IMG/VR virus record: IMGVR_UViG_3300023174_005338
Location: 124,001-188,000 of that record
Length of the DNA stretch: 64,000 nucleotides
Reading direction: 5' to 3' (one strand)
The translations under genes and the position numbers were made by a program. The notes below the pieces were generated by a model that ran no database searches, was not told the DNA's origin, and saw nothing but the letters and a program-made list of their open reading frames with translations. This document shows, piece after piece, positions 55,482 to 64,000 of this stretch; positions within the stretch are counted from its first letter, which is position 1, and the number at the start of each line of letters is the position of its first letter.

Positions 55482-56428
55482 AAAAAATTGTATATGTCAC
55501 AGGTTGTTTGGGATTCATAGGAGTACACGTCACACGACAATGTCTGGCACGTGGATGGCATGTGATTGGTGTGGACAAAGGTACCTATGCCAGCAATTTT
55601 GATTTCTTAGATGAATTTCAAAAATACGATACATTTAAATTCATACACCGAGATATCAATGACCTTGACCGGTTGTATGATTGCGATTATATCATAAACA
55701 CGGCTGCTGAAACTCATGTAGACAACTCAATCATGAGTTCCGAGATATTCCTGCACAGCAACATCAACGGTGTACACCGTCTGTTAGAACTGATCCGCCA
55801 ACAACCTGTTCAAAAGCAACCAATATTGTTGCATTTTTCAACCGACGAGGTCTATGGAGATATTGATTCGGGCGCACATACCGAAACCGATCTGTTAAAA
55901 CCCAGCAATCCTTATTCAGCATCAAAGGCAGCTGCCGACATGTTGATCCTGGCCTGGGCAAGAACATATGGCATCCGATATGTGATCGTGCGTCCTACCA
56001 ACAATTATGGCATTGGTCAATATGTTGAAAAATTAATTCCCAAGTCGATCAAATATCTCAAAATAGGCAGGAAAATTGACCTGCATGATCGTGGTGAGCC
56101 GCGGAGGACTTGGTTGCATGTCGAAGACACTGCTCGTGCGGCCATGACCGTGATTGATCACGGCAAAGTCAACGAAATCTACAACATTTCAGGCAATGCG
56201 GAAATGCCCAACAAGGAAGTTATCAAGAAGATTTTGCAACACTATCCCGGCAGCGGTGCTGAAGATCGTTGGGAAGATTATATAATTGGCAGTCATCGAC
56301 AAGGCCAAGATGTGCGTTATGCAATCGATGACTCCAAACTCAAAGCCCTGGGATGGCGACCCGTGGCCAACTTTGATCAAGAATTACAAAGAGTTATAGA
56401 GTACTATATGTTAAATTTTATTTGGTGA
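55478..56428 (+). CDS. rmlB: NDP-glucose 4,6-dehydratase (RmlB/RfbB-like)
   Basis: AAETHVDNSI, STDEVYG, NPYSASKA, NNYG, LIPK, RxGQDVRYAID. Confidence 0.85.
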   Translation: MKKIVYVTGCLGFIGVHVTRQCLARGWHVIGVDKGTYASNFDFLDEFQKYDTFKFIHRDINDLDRLYDCDYIINTAAETHVDNSIMSSEIFLHSNINGVHRLLELIRQQPVQKQPILLHFSTDEVYGDIDSGAHTETDLLKPSNPYSASKAAADMLILAWARTYGIRYVIVRPTNNYGIGQYVEKLIPKSIKYLKIGRKIDLHDRGEPRRTWLHVEDTARAAMTVIDHGKVNEIYNISGNAEMPNKEVIKKILQHYPGSGAEDRWEDYIIGSHRQGQDVRYAIDDSKLKALGWRPVANFDQELQRVIEYYMLNFIW

Positions 56429-56431
56429 TCC

Positions 56432-57130
56432 ATGGGAACATATTATAAAGCAGTAGCACAATTTATGGATGCAGTTGATCCCTCTGGTGCCTGGGTTGAG
56501 ATCGGAGTTGACCGTGGCGAAGGCAGCACCAAATTCTTTGCTGACATAGCAAAAACAAAAGGCATTAAGTTTTATGGTGTTGATGCCGATGAAAATCAAA
56601 TTGCTCGAGCTAGAACAGTGTTATCAGCACAAGGACAAGCAATATTAGGAGCCGACGGTCAATTTCGATTGGCCGAAGGACCTTTGCCGGATCACATAGA
56701 ATTAGTGCATGCCTTTGGTGAAAATTTTCTAGAGCAATTCACACGCGACAATCCAGGAAAGAAATTTTCGTTGGTGTACCTTGACAACTTTGACTGGGAC
56801 TACTGGGTTGGCGGTCAAGAAGAATCTTTTGTCCCAGCACAAAAGCAACACTATAGAGATTACATGGGCACCGAAATGACCAACATCAACAGCCAAAAAA
56901 CTCATCTGTTGCAGGCCATGCGACTAATGCCATTGATGACTGAAAACAGTATCATAGTATGTGATGACACCTGGTATCATCCCAACGAAGGAGTGTTCAT
57001 TGGCAAGTGTTCCGCAGTAATTCCTTACTTGTTGTTACAAGGATATGAAGTATTAAACAGCCAAGGCTACAGACAAAACAGTGGTGCTATTTTGGGCAGA
57101 TTTACTAAACGCACAGATTCAGAGAGTTGA
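56432..57130 (+). CDS. SAM-dependent methyltransferase (paralog 1)
   Basis: VEIGVDRGEGS, YLDNFDWD, CDDTW. Confidence 0.7.
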   Translation: MGTYYKAVAQFMDAVDPSGAWVEIGVDRGEGSTKFFADIAKTKGIKFYGVDADENQIARARTVLSAQGQAILGADGQFRLAEGPLPDHIELVHAFGENFLEQFTRDNPGKKFSLVYLDNFDWDYWVGGQEESFVPAQKQHYRDYMGTEMTNINSQKTHLLQAMRLMPLMTENSIIVCDDTWYHPNEGVFIGKCSAVIPYLLLQGYEVLNSQGYRQNSGAILGRFTKRTDSES

Positions 57131-57133
57131 TCA

Positions 57134-57754
57134 ATGGGCACATACTATCGAAATGTAGAAAAATTTATACCTCAAATTGATCCAGGTGTGTGGATTGAAA
57201 TTGGTGTTGATCGCGGCGAGGGCAGTACCAAGTTCTTTGCTGATCTAGCAAAAATACATGCCACAAGATTTTATGCTGTAGACTATGATCAAGATCAAAT
57301 CACCGGGCTCAAAGAAAGATTTGTAGAATTACCCGAGCATGTTCGAGCCATACAAGCCAAGGGCGAAGACTTCTTGGACAACTTTAGAAACCTGGAACCC
57401 ACTGCTCAAGTGAGTTTGGTGTACTTAGACAACTTTGACTGGGACTACTGGGTCAACCGAAAAGCCAAACCTTTTGTGCCAGCTCAAAAAGAACGCTACC
57501 TACAAAAAATGGGAACCGAAATGACCAATCTAAATAGTCAACAAGCTCATTTGAAACAGGCTATCCGGTTAATGCCATTGATGTGCAATAATAGCATTAT
57601 TGTGTGTGACGATACTTGGTACGAACCCGATGAAGGAGTGTTCATTGGCAAGTGTTCCGCGGCTATTCCTTATTTGTTATCCGAAGGTTATCGGCTGTTA
57701 CATAGTGAAGGGCATCGTCACAACAGCGGTGCTATATTAGGCAGATCGAAATGA
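57134..57754 (+). CDS. SAM-dependent methyltransferase (paralog 2)
   Basis: Same motifs as upstream gene. Confidence 0.7.
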   Translation: MGTYYRNVEKFIPQIDPGVWIEIGVDRGEGSTKFFADLAKIHATRFYAVDYDQDQITGLKERFVELPEHVRAIQAKGEDFLDNFRNLEPTAQVSLVYLDNFDWDYWVNRKAKPFVPAQKERYLQKMGTEMTNLNSQQAHLKQAIRLMPLMCNNSIIVCDDTWYEPDEGVFIGKCSAAIPYLLSEGYRLLHSEGHRHNSGAILGRSK

Positions 57755-58485
57755 CAGTTAAAAATTATCTAGTATCAGCTGTGCGGCCAATTCGCAACGG
57801 CTGGCACCTGGAAAACAATCAAGACCTGTACAAGGCCTACGGAGAAATGTACCAAATGAGATTGGCATCATTCCGTAAATTTTGTCAAGAACCATTTGAA
57901 GCTGTGTTATGGACTGAACCTACCAACGACAGTGATACCTATACCGTAGACAACTGGAAAGAAATCAAAACGTTGTGGCACAAAGAACCCTGCAACGTTT
58001 TCTGGGCCGGAGCTGACACATTCATGATTCGACCTACCAGTTTGTTCGGCGATCGCTACCAAGAATACAGATTGTTCAACTACACTGAGCCCAGAAACCA
58101 TAGAGAATTTCGACATCATTTCAATGATGATGTACAATACTATCCGCATACCATGTCACGAGAAATATGGGAGTTAGGCGAGAAATACTGGGCGCAAAGA
58201 GAAACACATCCAGATCGCTTGTGGGGATTTGATCAACTAAGACACAACGCAATGTTTTGGACTCAAGATATTCCTGAGGATGATCGATTACATCCAGAAA
58301 TGAATTACATGTGTCATAACTTAAGAAGCGACAGCCCAGCTGAACTAGAATCTACTAGACTCTGGAATTCTGGAGTGCCATTCGCTGACGCAAACATTTT
58401 GCATTTTTGTGCCAGCCGAGGCAGCCGTCAAGTGGTCAATATGATGAAAGTATTATGTCAAGAACTTGGAGTCACCTATGAATGA
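57751..58485 (+). CDS. Probable nucleotide-diphospho-sugar transferase
   Basis: FWAGADTF (DxD variant), ILHF; sugar-gene context. Confidence 0.45.
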   Translation: MTVKNYLVSAVRPIRNGWHLENNQDLYKAYGEMYQMRLASFRKFCQEPFEAVLWTEPTNDSDTYTVDNWKEIKTLWHKEPCNVFWAGADTFMIRPTSLFGDRYQEYRLFNYTEPRNHREFRHHFNDDVQYYPHTMSREIWELGEKYWAQRETHPDRLWGFDQLRHNAMFWTQDIPEDDRLHPEMNYMCHNLRSDSPAELESTRLWNSGVPFADANILHFCASRGSRQVVNMMKVLCQELGVTYE

Positions 58486-59797
58486 AATTTTAACATTGAT
58501 CAAACAGTATATTGAACAAAAACAATCTGCCAAGACCTGGGTAGCCGGCAAGGACTTTGTCAACTATGCAGGTCCGCATTTCAACTCCGACGAGTACGTG
58601 GCAGCCGCAGAAGCCTTGCTGAATGGCTGGCTGGTCATGGGCAACAAGAGCCTGCGCTTTGAACAAAAGTTTCCCAAGGAATTTGGCAAGACACGCGGAG
58701 TGTTGACCAACAGTGGTAGTTCAGCCAACTTGCTGATGATGACAGCAATGAAGAGCAAGCGCGGACACAACTTTCCACCTGGCACCAAAGTATTGATGCC
58801 CATTGCTGGATTCCCAACCACACTTAATCCAACCTTGCAAAATCAATTTACACCAGTGTTCTGCGACATTGAAATTGATACCTTGAACATTGATCTAGAT
58901 CACGCAGAACAGATACTTGCCGGTGATCCAGACATTAAAATTATAACCTTTGCACATGTGTTGGGTAACCCGCCCAACATGGACCGTGTGATGGAATTAG
59001 TTAATAAACACAATCTAATCCTGTTAGAAGATTGTTGCGATGGATTGGGAACAACTTACGATGGCAAGCCTTTGGGAAGTTTTGGTGAGATGGCATCATG
59101 CAGTTTTTATCCAGCACACCACATGACCATGGGCGAAGGCGGCTTTGTGGCCATGAATGATCCACAGCAAGAAATCATCGTGCGTAGCCTACGTGAATGG
59201 GGACGTGGATGTTATTGTGTAGGGCCCGAGGCCAACAAATTAAAATGTGGCACCTGTGGCAAGCGATTCAATGAGTGGATTCCTGAAATGCCAGATCAGA
59301 TTTTTGATCACAAGTATGTGTATGATGAAATTGGGTATAACTTAAAACCTATTGAACTACAAGCAGCCATGGGCCTTGAACAACTTAAAAAATTGCCAGA
59401 AATCCATGAGCTACGTCAACGCAACTACAATCTGTTGTTTGCTATCTATGAAAAATATGAACAATTCTTCCACTTGCCACGTGCTAGAGACAAAGCCGAT
59501 GTCAGTTGGTTTGCGTTCCCATTGACTATTCGTGCAGATGCTCCGTTCTCACGCATGGATATCGTTGACTATCTTGAAGAAAACTTGATACAGACCCGTC
59601 CATACTTTGCTGGCAACATCATGTTGCAACCTGCGTATAGTCACTTGATGGATCCTGTGGCAGCACGTGACAATTATCCTGTGGCCACATTTACCATGAA
59701 GAATACTTACTTCCATGGATGTAGTCCGGTTATTACACCCGAGCAGATTGCTTACATTGGAGAGAAGGTCGATGGATTTATGAGTTTATACCTATGA
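58478..59797 (+). CDS. rfbH: CDP-4-keto-6-deoxyglucose 3-dehydrase (RfbH/DdhC, E1)
   Basis: SFYPAHHMTMGEGG (His replaces Schiff-base Lys), GRGCYC...CGTC Fe-S Cys, DHKYVYDEIGYNLKP. Confidence 0.9.
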   Translation: MNEILTLIKQYIEQKQSAKTWVAGKDFVNYAGPHFNSDEYVAAAEALLNGWLVMGNKSLRFEQKFPKEFGKTRGVLTNSGSSANLLMMTAMKSKRGHNFPPGTKVLMPIAGFPTTLNPTLQNQFTPVFCDIEIDTLNIDLDHAEQILAGDPDIKIITFAHVLGNPPNMDRVMELVNKHNLILLEDCCDGLGTTYDGKPLGSFGEMASCSFYPAHHMTMGEGGFVAMNDPQQEIIVRSLREWGRGCYCVGPEANKLKCGTCGKRFNEWIPEMPDQIFDHKYVYDEIGYNLKPIELQAAMGLEQLKKLPEIHELRQRNYNLLFAIYEKYEQFFHLPRARDKADVSWFAFPLTIRADAPFSRMDIVDYLEENLIQTRPYFAGNIMLQPAYSHLMDPVAARDNYPVATFTMKNTYFHGCSPVITPEQIAYIGEKVDGFMSLYL

Positions 59798-60960
59798 AAA
59801 GTTTAAGCCAAGTAACCTCCAAAATTGATGGTCAGCCAATGTTCAAGTACCTGGACATGGCCAAGTCTTTGGAGGCCCGAGGCCAACATCTTATTCACAT
59901 GGAGATAGGTGAGCCAGACTTTGACACACCCAAAAATGTCACTTGGGCCGCTGTGCAATCTTTGTCCAACGGAGAAACACACTACGGTAGTAGTTTTGGC
60001 CTACAAGAATTTAGAGAAGCTGTGCAGTTTGCCACAGAACGCAGCCGAGGATTTCGTCCAGATCTAGATCAAGTGTTGATCACTCCGGGTGCCAACATTG
60101 CCATCTACTATGCTGTGTTCTGTTTGGTTGATCCCGGTTTTGAAGTCATTGTTCCAGACCCTGGATTCAGCACATATTACAGCAACATCAAAATGTGTGG
60201 TGCTGTTCCTGTTCGAGTGCCACTCAAAGAAGAAAACGAATTCCGTATGAGCCCGGATGATATCGAAGCGGCCATCACAGACAAGACACGTTTGATCATT
60301 ATCAACAGTCCGCAAAATCCCACAGGCAGTGTGCTTACCACTGACGAAGTCAAACGCATTTATGAAATTGCCAAGAAGCATGACATATACATTTACAGTG
60401 ATGAGATTTATGCACGCATGAACTATGAGCCAATCGGCTTTGCAAGTCCCAGCATTTACGATCATTGCAAAGAACATGTTATCCTCAGCAATGGTTTCAG
60501 TAAAGCATTTGCCATGACAGGCTGGAGATTGGGCACACTGATCGGACCGGCCAATGTCATTGAACGCATGGCGGCATTGTTACAAACCACGTCAAGTTGT
60601 GTCAGTGCGTTTGTTCAGCGTGCCGGCATTGAAGCAATTCGCGGCAGCCAAGAAACAGTCACAAACATGATGGCAGAATATCAGGCACGCAGAGACCTGC
60701 TGGTCGACGGACTCAATCGTGTCAAGGGTTTTAAATGTCTCCGGCCAGGCGGTGCATTTTATGTGTTTCCTAATATCACAGAAACAGGGTTATCAAGTGA
60801 CCAAGTTGTTGAAAAGTTAATGTCTGCTGGAGTAGTAACATTGCCTGGACATTGTTTTGGAAAACATGGTGAGGGCTATATTAGATTGTGTTATGCAACC
60901 AGTCGTGAAAACATTCAAGAAGGTCTGAATAGAATTTACAAAGCATTGGGAACAAAATGA
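59794..60960 (+). CDS. Class I/II PLP aminotransferase (AspAT-like)
   Basis: IGEPDF, NSPQNPTG, SDEIY, GFSKAFAMTGWRLG. Confidence 0.9.
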   Translation: MKSLSQVTSKIDGQPMFKYLDMAKSLEARGQHLIHMEIGEPDFDTPKNVTWAAVQSLSNGETHYGSSFGLQEFREAVQFATERSRGFRPDLDQVLITPGANIAIYYAVFCLVDPGFEVIVPDPGFSTYYSNIKMCGAVPVRVPLKEENEFRMSPDDIEAAITDKTRLIIINSPQNPTGSVLTTDEVKRIYEIAKKHDIYIYSDEIYARMNYEPIGFASPSIYDHCKEHVILSNGFSKAFAMTGWRLGTLIGPANVIERMAALLQTTSSCVSAFVQRAGIEAIRGSQETVTNMMAEYQARRDLLVDGLNRVKGFKCLRPGGAFYVFPNITETGLSSDQVVEKLMSAGVVTLPGHCFGKHGEGYIRLCYATSRENIQEGLNRIYKALGTK

Positions 60961-61964
60961 GAGTATGTGATTGGATCGCCGATTATCTAAAATCAATCGG
61001 AGTTGAACGTGTACACGGCCTAATGGGCGGTGGTGCCAGTGGACTCAATGACGGATTTATCAAACAAGGCATGCCCTACATCTGCTATCATCACGAACAA
61101 GGTGCAGGACATTCTGCCATTGGCGAAAGCAAGTTCACTGGCAAACTGGCCGTAGTAAATCCCACAACAGGCTGTGCAGGTACCAACTGTGCAACATCAG
61201 TTTTAAATGCATGGCAAGACAGTGTACCTGTTTTGTTCTTGTCGGGTAACGTTAGATTGGCAACCTGTAGCGGACACATCAACAAAAAAAACAACATTAA
61301 CATCCGTAAGTATGGTATCCAAGAACATCATGTGGTTGACACCTACAAGACCATGACCAAGTTGAGTTGCTTTGTTGACAATGTACAAGACGTAGCCTAC
61401 ACAATCCAATATGCGGTACACTTGGCAACCGCTGGTCGTCCAGGGCCTGTGTGGATTGACATTCCTGGAGATATTCAAACAGCACAGATGCCCGAGAACT
61501 ATAGAGAGTATGTTGCTACCGCCTTGGTCGACACAGTGTCAGATTATGGTCGTGTAAAACAAGCCATTGCCCGAGCCAAACGTCCCATCGTGTTGGCCGG
61601 CTACGGTATCCGTCAAAGCAACACCGTTGACGACTTTGTCAAATTCATTGAGCATTATCAGATTCCTTATGTCAGTACCTACGGAGCAAGAGATTACACA
61701 GCCAATGATCACAAGTTAAGCATTGGCGCTGTTGGCATCAAAGGAAGCCGTGCAGGCAATTTTGCCATGCAGAATGCAGATCTGTTGCTTGTGCTAGGTA
61801 GCAGTCTTGGATCAAGTGTGATTGGATACGATCCTGCACAGTTTAGTACTGCAAGTTATAAAATTATTGTAGACTTAGACATCAACGAACTAAAAAAAGA
61901 TATTGTCAACATTGATGAAAAATACAATGTCAACTTGGAACAATTTTTCAGGAGCATGCTATGA
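60957..61964 (+). CDS. TPP-dependent enzyme, N-terminal and middle domains (ALS/YerE-like)
   Basis: HHEQGAGH, PTTGCAGTN, GRPGPVWIDIPGDIQ, RAGNFAMQNADL. Confidence 0.85.
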   Translation: MRVCDWIADYLKSIGVERVHGLMGGGASGLNDGFIKQGMPYICYHHEQGAGHSAIGESKFTGKLAVVNPTTGCAGTNCATSVLNAWQDSVPVLFLSGNVRLATCSGHINKKNNINIRKYGIQEHHVVDTYKTMTKLSCFVDNVQDVAYTIQYAVHLATAGRPGPVWIDIPGDIQTAQMPENYREYVATALVDTVSDYGRVKQAIARAKRPIVLAGYGIRQSNTVDDFVKFIEHYQIPYVSTYGARDYTANDHKLSIGAVGIKGSRAGNFAMQNADLLLVLGSSLGSSVIGYDPAQFSTASYKIIVDLDINELKKDIVNIDEKYNVNLEQFFRSML

Positions 61965-62701
61965 ACCGCCAAGCCTGGATAGACAAATGCAATCACTGGA
62001 AAGATATCTGGCCTGTAATGCAGGATCAGTACCGGGCCAACGACAATGATCACTCATTGAATATCTATGCTGTGCTAGATGCTATCAACAAGCACAGTCG
62101 TCCTGAAGAGATTCTCATGGGTGATGCTGGCAGTATCAGCTACGCAGGTCCTGTTGCGCTGAATGCCAAGCCGGGTCAACGTTTTATTTTCAGTCCAGCA
62201 CAGGCAGACATGGGCTGGGCACTGCCTGCCGCAATTGGTGCCAGCATGGCCAGCAGTCAACCTATCATCAGCATCATAGGTGATGGCAGTTTTATGAGCA
62301 ATATCCAAGAACTTGCCACAGTCAAGCAACACGAACTCAATATCAAATTTGTCATACTCAACAACGCAGGTTATTTGAGTATCAAAAATACACAAACAAA
62401 ATATTTCAACGGTCGTGTGCATGGTACCAGCTCAGAAACTGGTCTGTGGTTTCCTGATTTTATGAACGTTGCTTCTGCATTTGGTATGAGCTATGTTGAC
62501 ATGAGGTCGGCATCCGACCTGGACCGGTTTCCAGAAATCCTTGCCATGACAGGGCCTTGCATCATTGATTGCCGTTGCCACACGGATCAAGAAATTCTGC
62601 CAGCCCAGGCATTAAAGGATGGCAAGCAAGCAGGCCTGCACGACATGACTCCATTCATTAGTGACCAAGAACTGGCTCGAGAAATGATTGTTAAAATTTA
62701 A
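61961..62701 (+). CDS. TPP-dependent enzyme, C-terminal TPP-binding domain
   Basis: MGWALPAAIG, GDGSF...NNAGY. Confidence 0.85.
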   Translation: MNRQAWIDKCNHWKDIWPVMQDQYRANDNDHSLNIYAVLDAINKHSRPEEILMGDAGSISYAGPVALNAKPGQRFIFSPAQADMGWALPAAIGASMASSQPIISIIGDGSFMSNIQELATVKQHELNIKFVILNNAGYLSIKNTQTKYFNGRVHGTSSETGLWFPDFMNVASAFGMSYVDMRSASDLDRFPEILAMTGPCIIDCRCHTDQEILPAQALKDGKQAGLHDMTPFISDQELAREMIVKI

Positions 62702-62707
62702 AACACC

Positions 62708-63382
62708 ATGTCATACCAAAAGATTCCTGGATTAGAAAACTTGGTTGAATTAAGAGACAGTTCACGGTACCCAGAATTAAAAAATCTGTGGTGGCCTCAA
62801 TATGATCAGAGCATGTGGAGTTATATGCACAAGCACCGTATCGCGCCAGAATTTTTTGATCAGCTGATGACGCATGTCACTGGCACTGGTGTCGTGGTAC
62901 AAGCTGGTGGCAACTGTGGACAGTATGTACGACAGTTTAGTCAACGATTTGACACTGTGTATACATTTGAACCAGATCCAACAAATTTTTTGTGTTTGAC
63001 TTTGAACTGCGGCGACAATGTGATAAAAACACAGGCCTGTGTAGGCAATGAAAGAAAATTTGTAAACACGAGCAAAGGCCATGATTCGGGCGCAATTCAC
63101 GTAAGCGGCCCAGGTAACTTATACACAGTGATCATTGATGACATGGATCTGCCGGCCTGTGATCTCATACAGTTGGACATTGAAGGTTACGAATATTTTG
63201 CCTTGTTGGGAGCTCGACGTACCATTGAACGATATCATCCTTTGCTCATGTTAGAATGGTGTGCGCCTTGGGCCAAGAGATATGGCGTGAGTTTTGAACA
63301 ATTTGAGAAATTGTTGGGCGATCTCGGCTACCGCCAAATTTTGACCAACATGACTGATTGCATTTACAAATACCAACCATGA
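62708..63382 (+). CDS. FkbM-family methyltransferase
   Basis: QAGGNCG, YTFEP, LDIEGYE..AL.GA. Confidence 0.8.
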   Translation: MSYQKIPGLENLVELRDSSRYPELKNLWWPQYDQSMWSYMHKHRIAPEFFDQLMTHVTGTGVVVQAGGNCGQYVRQFSQRFDTVYTFEPDPTNFLCLTLNCGDNVIKTQACVGNERKFVNTSKGHDSGAIHVSGPGNLYTVIIDDMDLPACDLIQLDIEGYEYFALLGARRTIERYHPLLMLEWCAPWAKRYGVSFEQFEKLLGDLGYRQILTNMTDCIYKYQP

Positions 63383-64000
63383 AAACAGCATTGATTACCG
63401 GAGCCAATGGATTCATTGGTCACTACTTAGTAGAAGAATTCGCCAAAGATCACAGTGTGATCTGCGTGGTACGACCAGGCTCCACCAATATGGAACGGAT
63501 CAATCACTTGCAGGATCGTGTCACTGTGATTGAGCACGACATCAAAAATCCTTGTAGACACTTGCCAGCGGCGGATATTATATTGCATGCTGGTGCCAAC
63601 CCCAGTTCGGCCGACAGCCTAAGTGATCCCACAGCATCTGTCATGGACAATGTGCTGGGTACGTTGAACCTGTTGGAACATGCACGTCATACCGGAGTTG
63701 AAAGATTTGTTTATTATAGCAGTGCCGAAGTGTTTGGTCCCATATCCATTGGACACGACAGTCAACCAACTGATGCCTACAACAGCAACAGTCCTTATGC
63801 GGCTGGCAAAGCCGCCGGAGAAGAACTGTGCCTGGCCTATGCCAATTCGTTCAATGTCCCTGCCAGCATCATACACATCAACAATACCTTTGGGCCACGT
63901 TGCCAAAGCAATCGCTTGCCGGTGATCATTGTACGCAAATTACTCAACAATGAAACCTTGGACATACACGTGGGTCCCAGCCAATTGATTGGTGGCCGCC
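63379..64000 (+). CDS. NAD-dependent epimerase/dehydratase (runs off window end; not in ORF track)
   Basis: MKTALITGANGFIG, NVLGT, YSSAEVFG, YAAGK, NTFGP. Confidence 0.85.
   Translation, partial: MKTALITGANGFIGHYLVEEFAKDHSVICVVRPGSTNMERINHLQDRVTVIEHDIKNPCRHLPAADIILHAGANPSSADSLSDPTASVMDNVLGTLNLLEHARHTGVERFVYYSSAEVFGPISIGHDSQPTDAYNSNSPYAAGKAAGEELCLAYANSFNVPASIIHINNTFGPRCQSNRLPVIIVRKLLNNETLDIHVGPSQLIGGR

Noticed and set aside
2109-63906. Most short minus-strand ORFs in the supplied track
   Set aside because: They lie fully antisense to well-supported genes, with no promoter, RBS or motif; only 1260-2000, 34612-35535 and 35539-36630 are supported.
1-64000. CRISPR array, tRNA or rRNA genes
   Set aside because: No regularly spaced direct repeats, and no cloverleaf with T-loop in the short intergenic gaps; GTTCGA hits fall inside coding regions.
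1-64000. Stop-codon reassignment
   Set aside because: Long genes (polB, ClpA, 1851-aa protein) are intact in code 11, and TAA, TGA and TAG all end genes at expected domain ends.
1-64000. Host chromosome segment (aceA, clpA, dnaJ, galE, rfbH)
   Set aside because: These genes are interleaved with phage hallmark genes, share TAAATA motifs and tight overlaps, and lack their normal operon partners.

Overview
A 64-kb segment of a large T4-like (jumbo-type) dsDNA phage. It holds about 80 tightly packed genes, all but three on the + strand, read in the standard code with many ATGA/TGATG overlaps. The phage call rests on a family-B DNA polymerase, DsbA-like and clamp-like genes, a GH19 endolysin with an embedded Rz/Rz1 spanin pair, a holin-like gene, and a recurring T4-late-like promoter (TAAATA/TATAAATA) alongside sigma70-like promoters. 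The host is Gram-negative; two Bug/TctC genes suggest Betaproteobacteria (inference). Blocks: (1) 0.6-9.5 kb Bug cassette, lysis genes and isocitrate lyase; (2) 9.5-14.3 kb DnaJ, ClpA and hypotheticals; (3) 14.3-31.9 kb putative head-packaged proteins, many with an N-terminal M-[RKIN]-x-x-[ED]-[FLI] motif resembling the T4 capsid-targeting sequence, including 1851-aa and 1041-aa modular proteins whose modules are joined by hydrophobic-x-Glu sites; (4) 31.9-37.6 kb radical SAM, acyl enzymes and a second Bug cassette; (5) 37.6-54.6 kb replication plus a 7-deazaguanine DNA-modification set (TGT/DpdA-like, DpdL-like, FolE, QueD) interleaved with a glycosyltransferase, epimerase, aminotransferase and MBD4-like glycosylase; (6) 54.6-64 kb nucleotide-sugar pathway (RmlB, RfbH/E1, split TPP enzyme, methyltransferases). 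The best leads are the protease-processed polyprotein cargo system, a preQ1-I-like pseudoknot on the queD leader, possible glycosylation coupled to deazaguanine insertion, and twin divergent Bug cassettes. No tRNA, rRNA, CRISPR array or major head/tail gene was seen. All family calls are by motif recognition; no searches were run.
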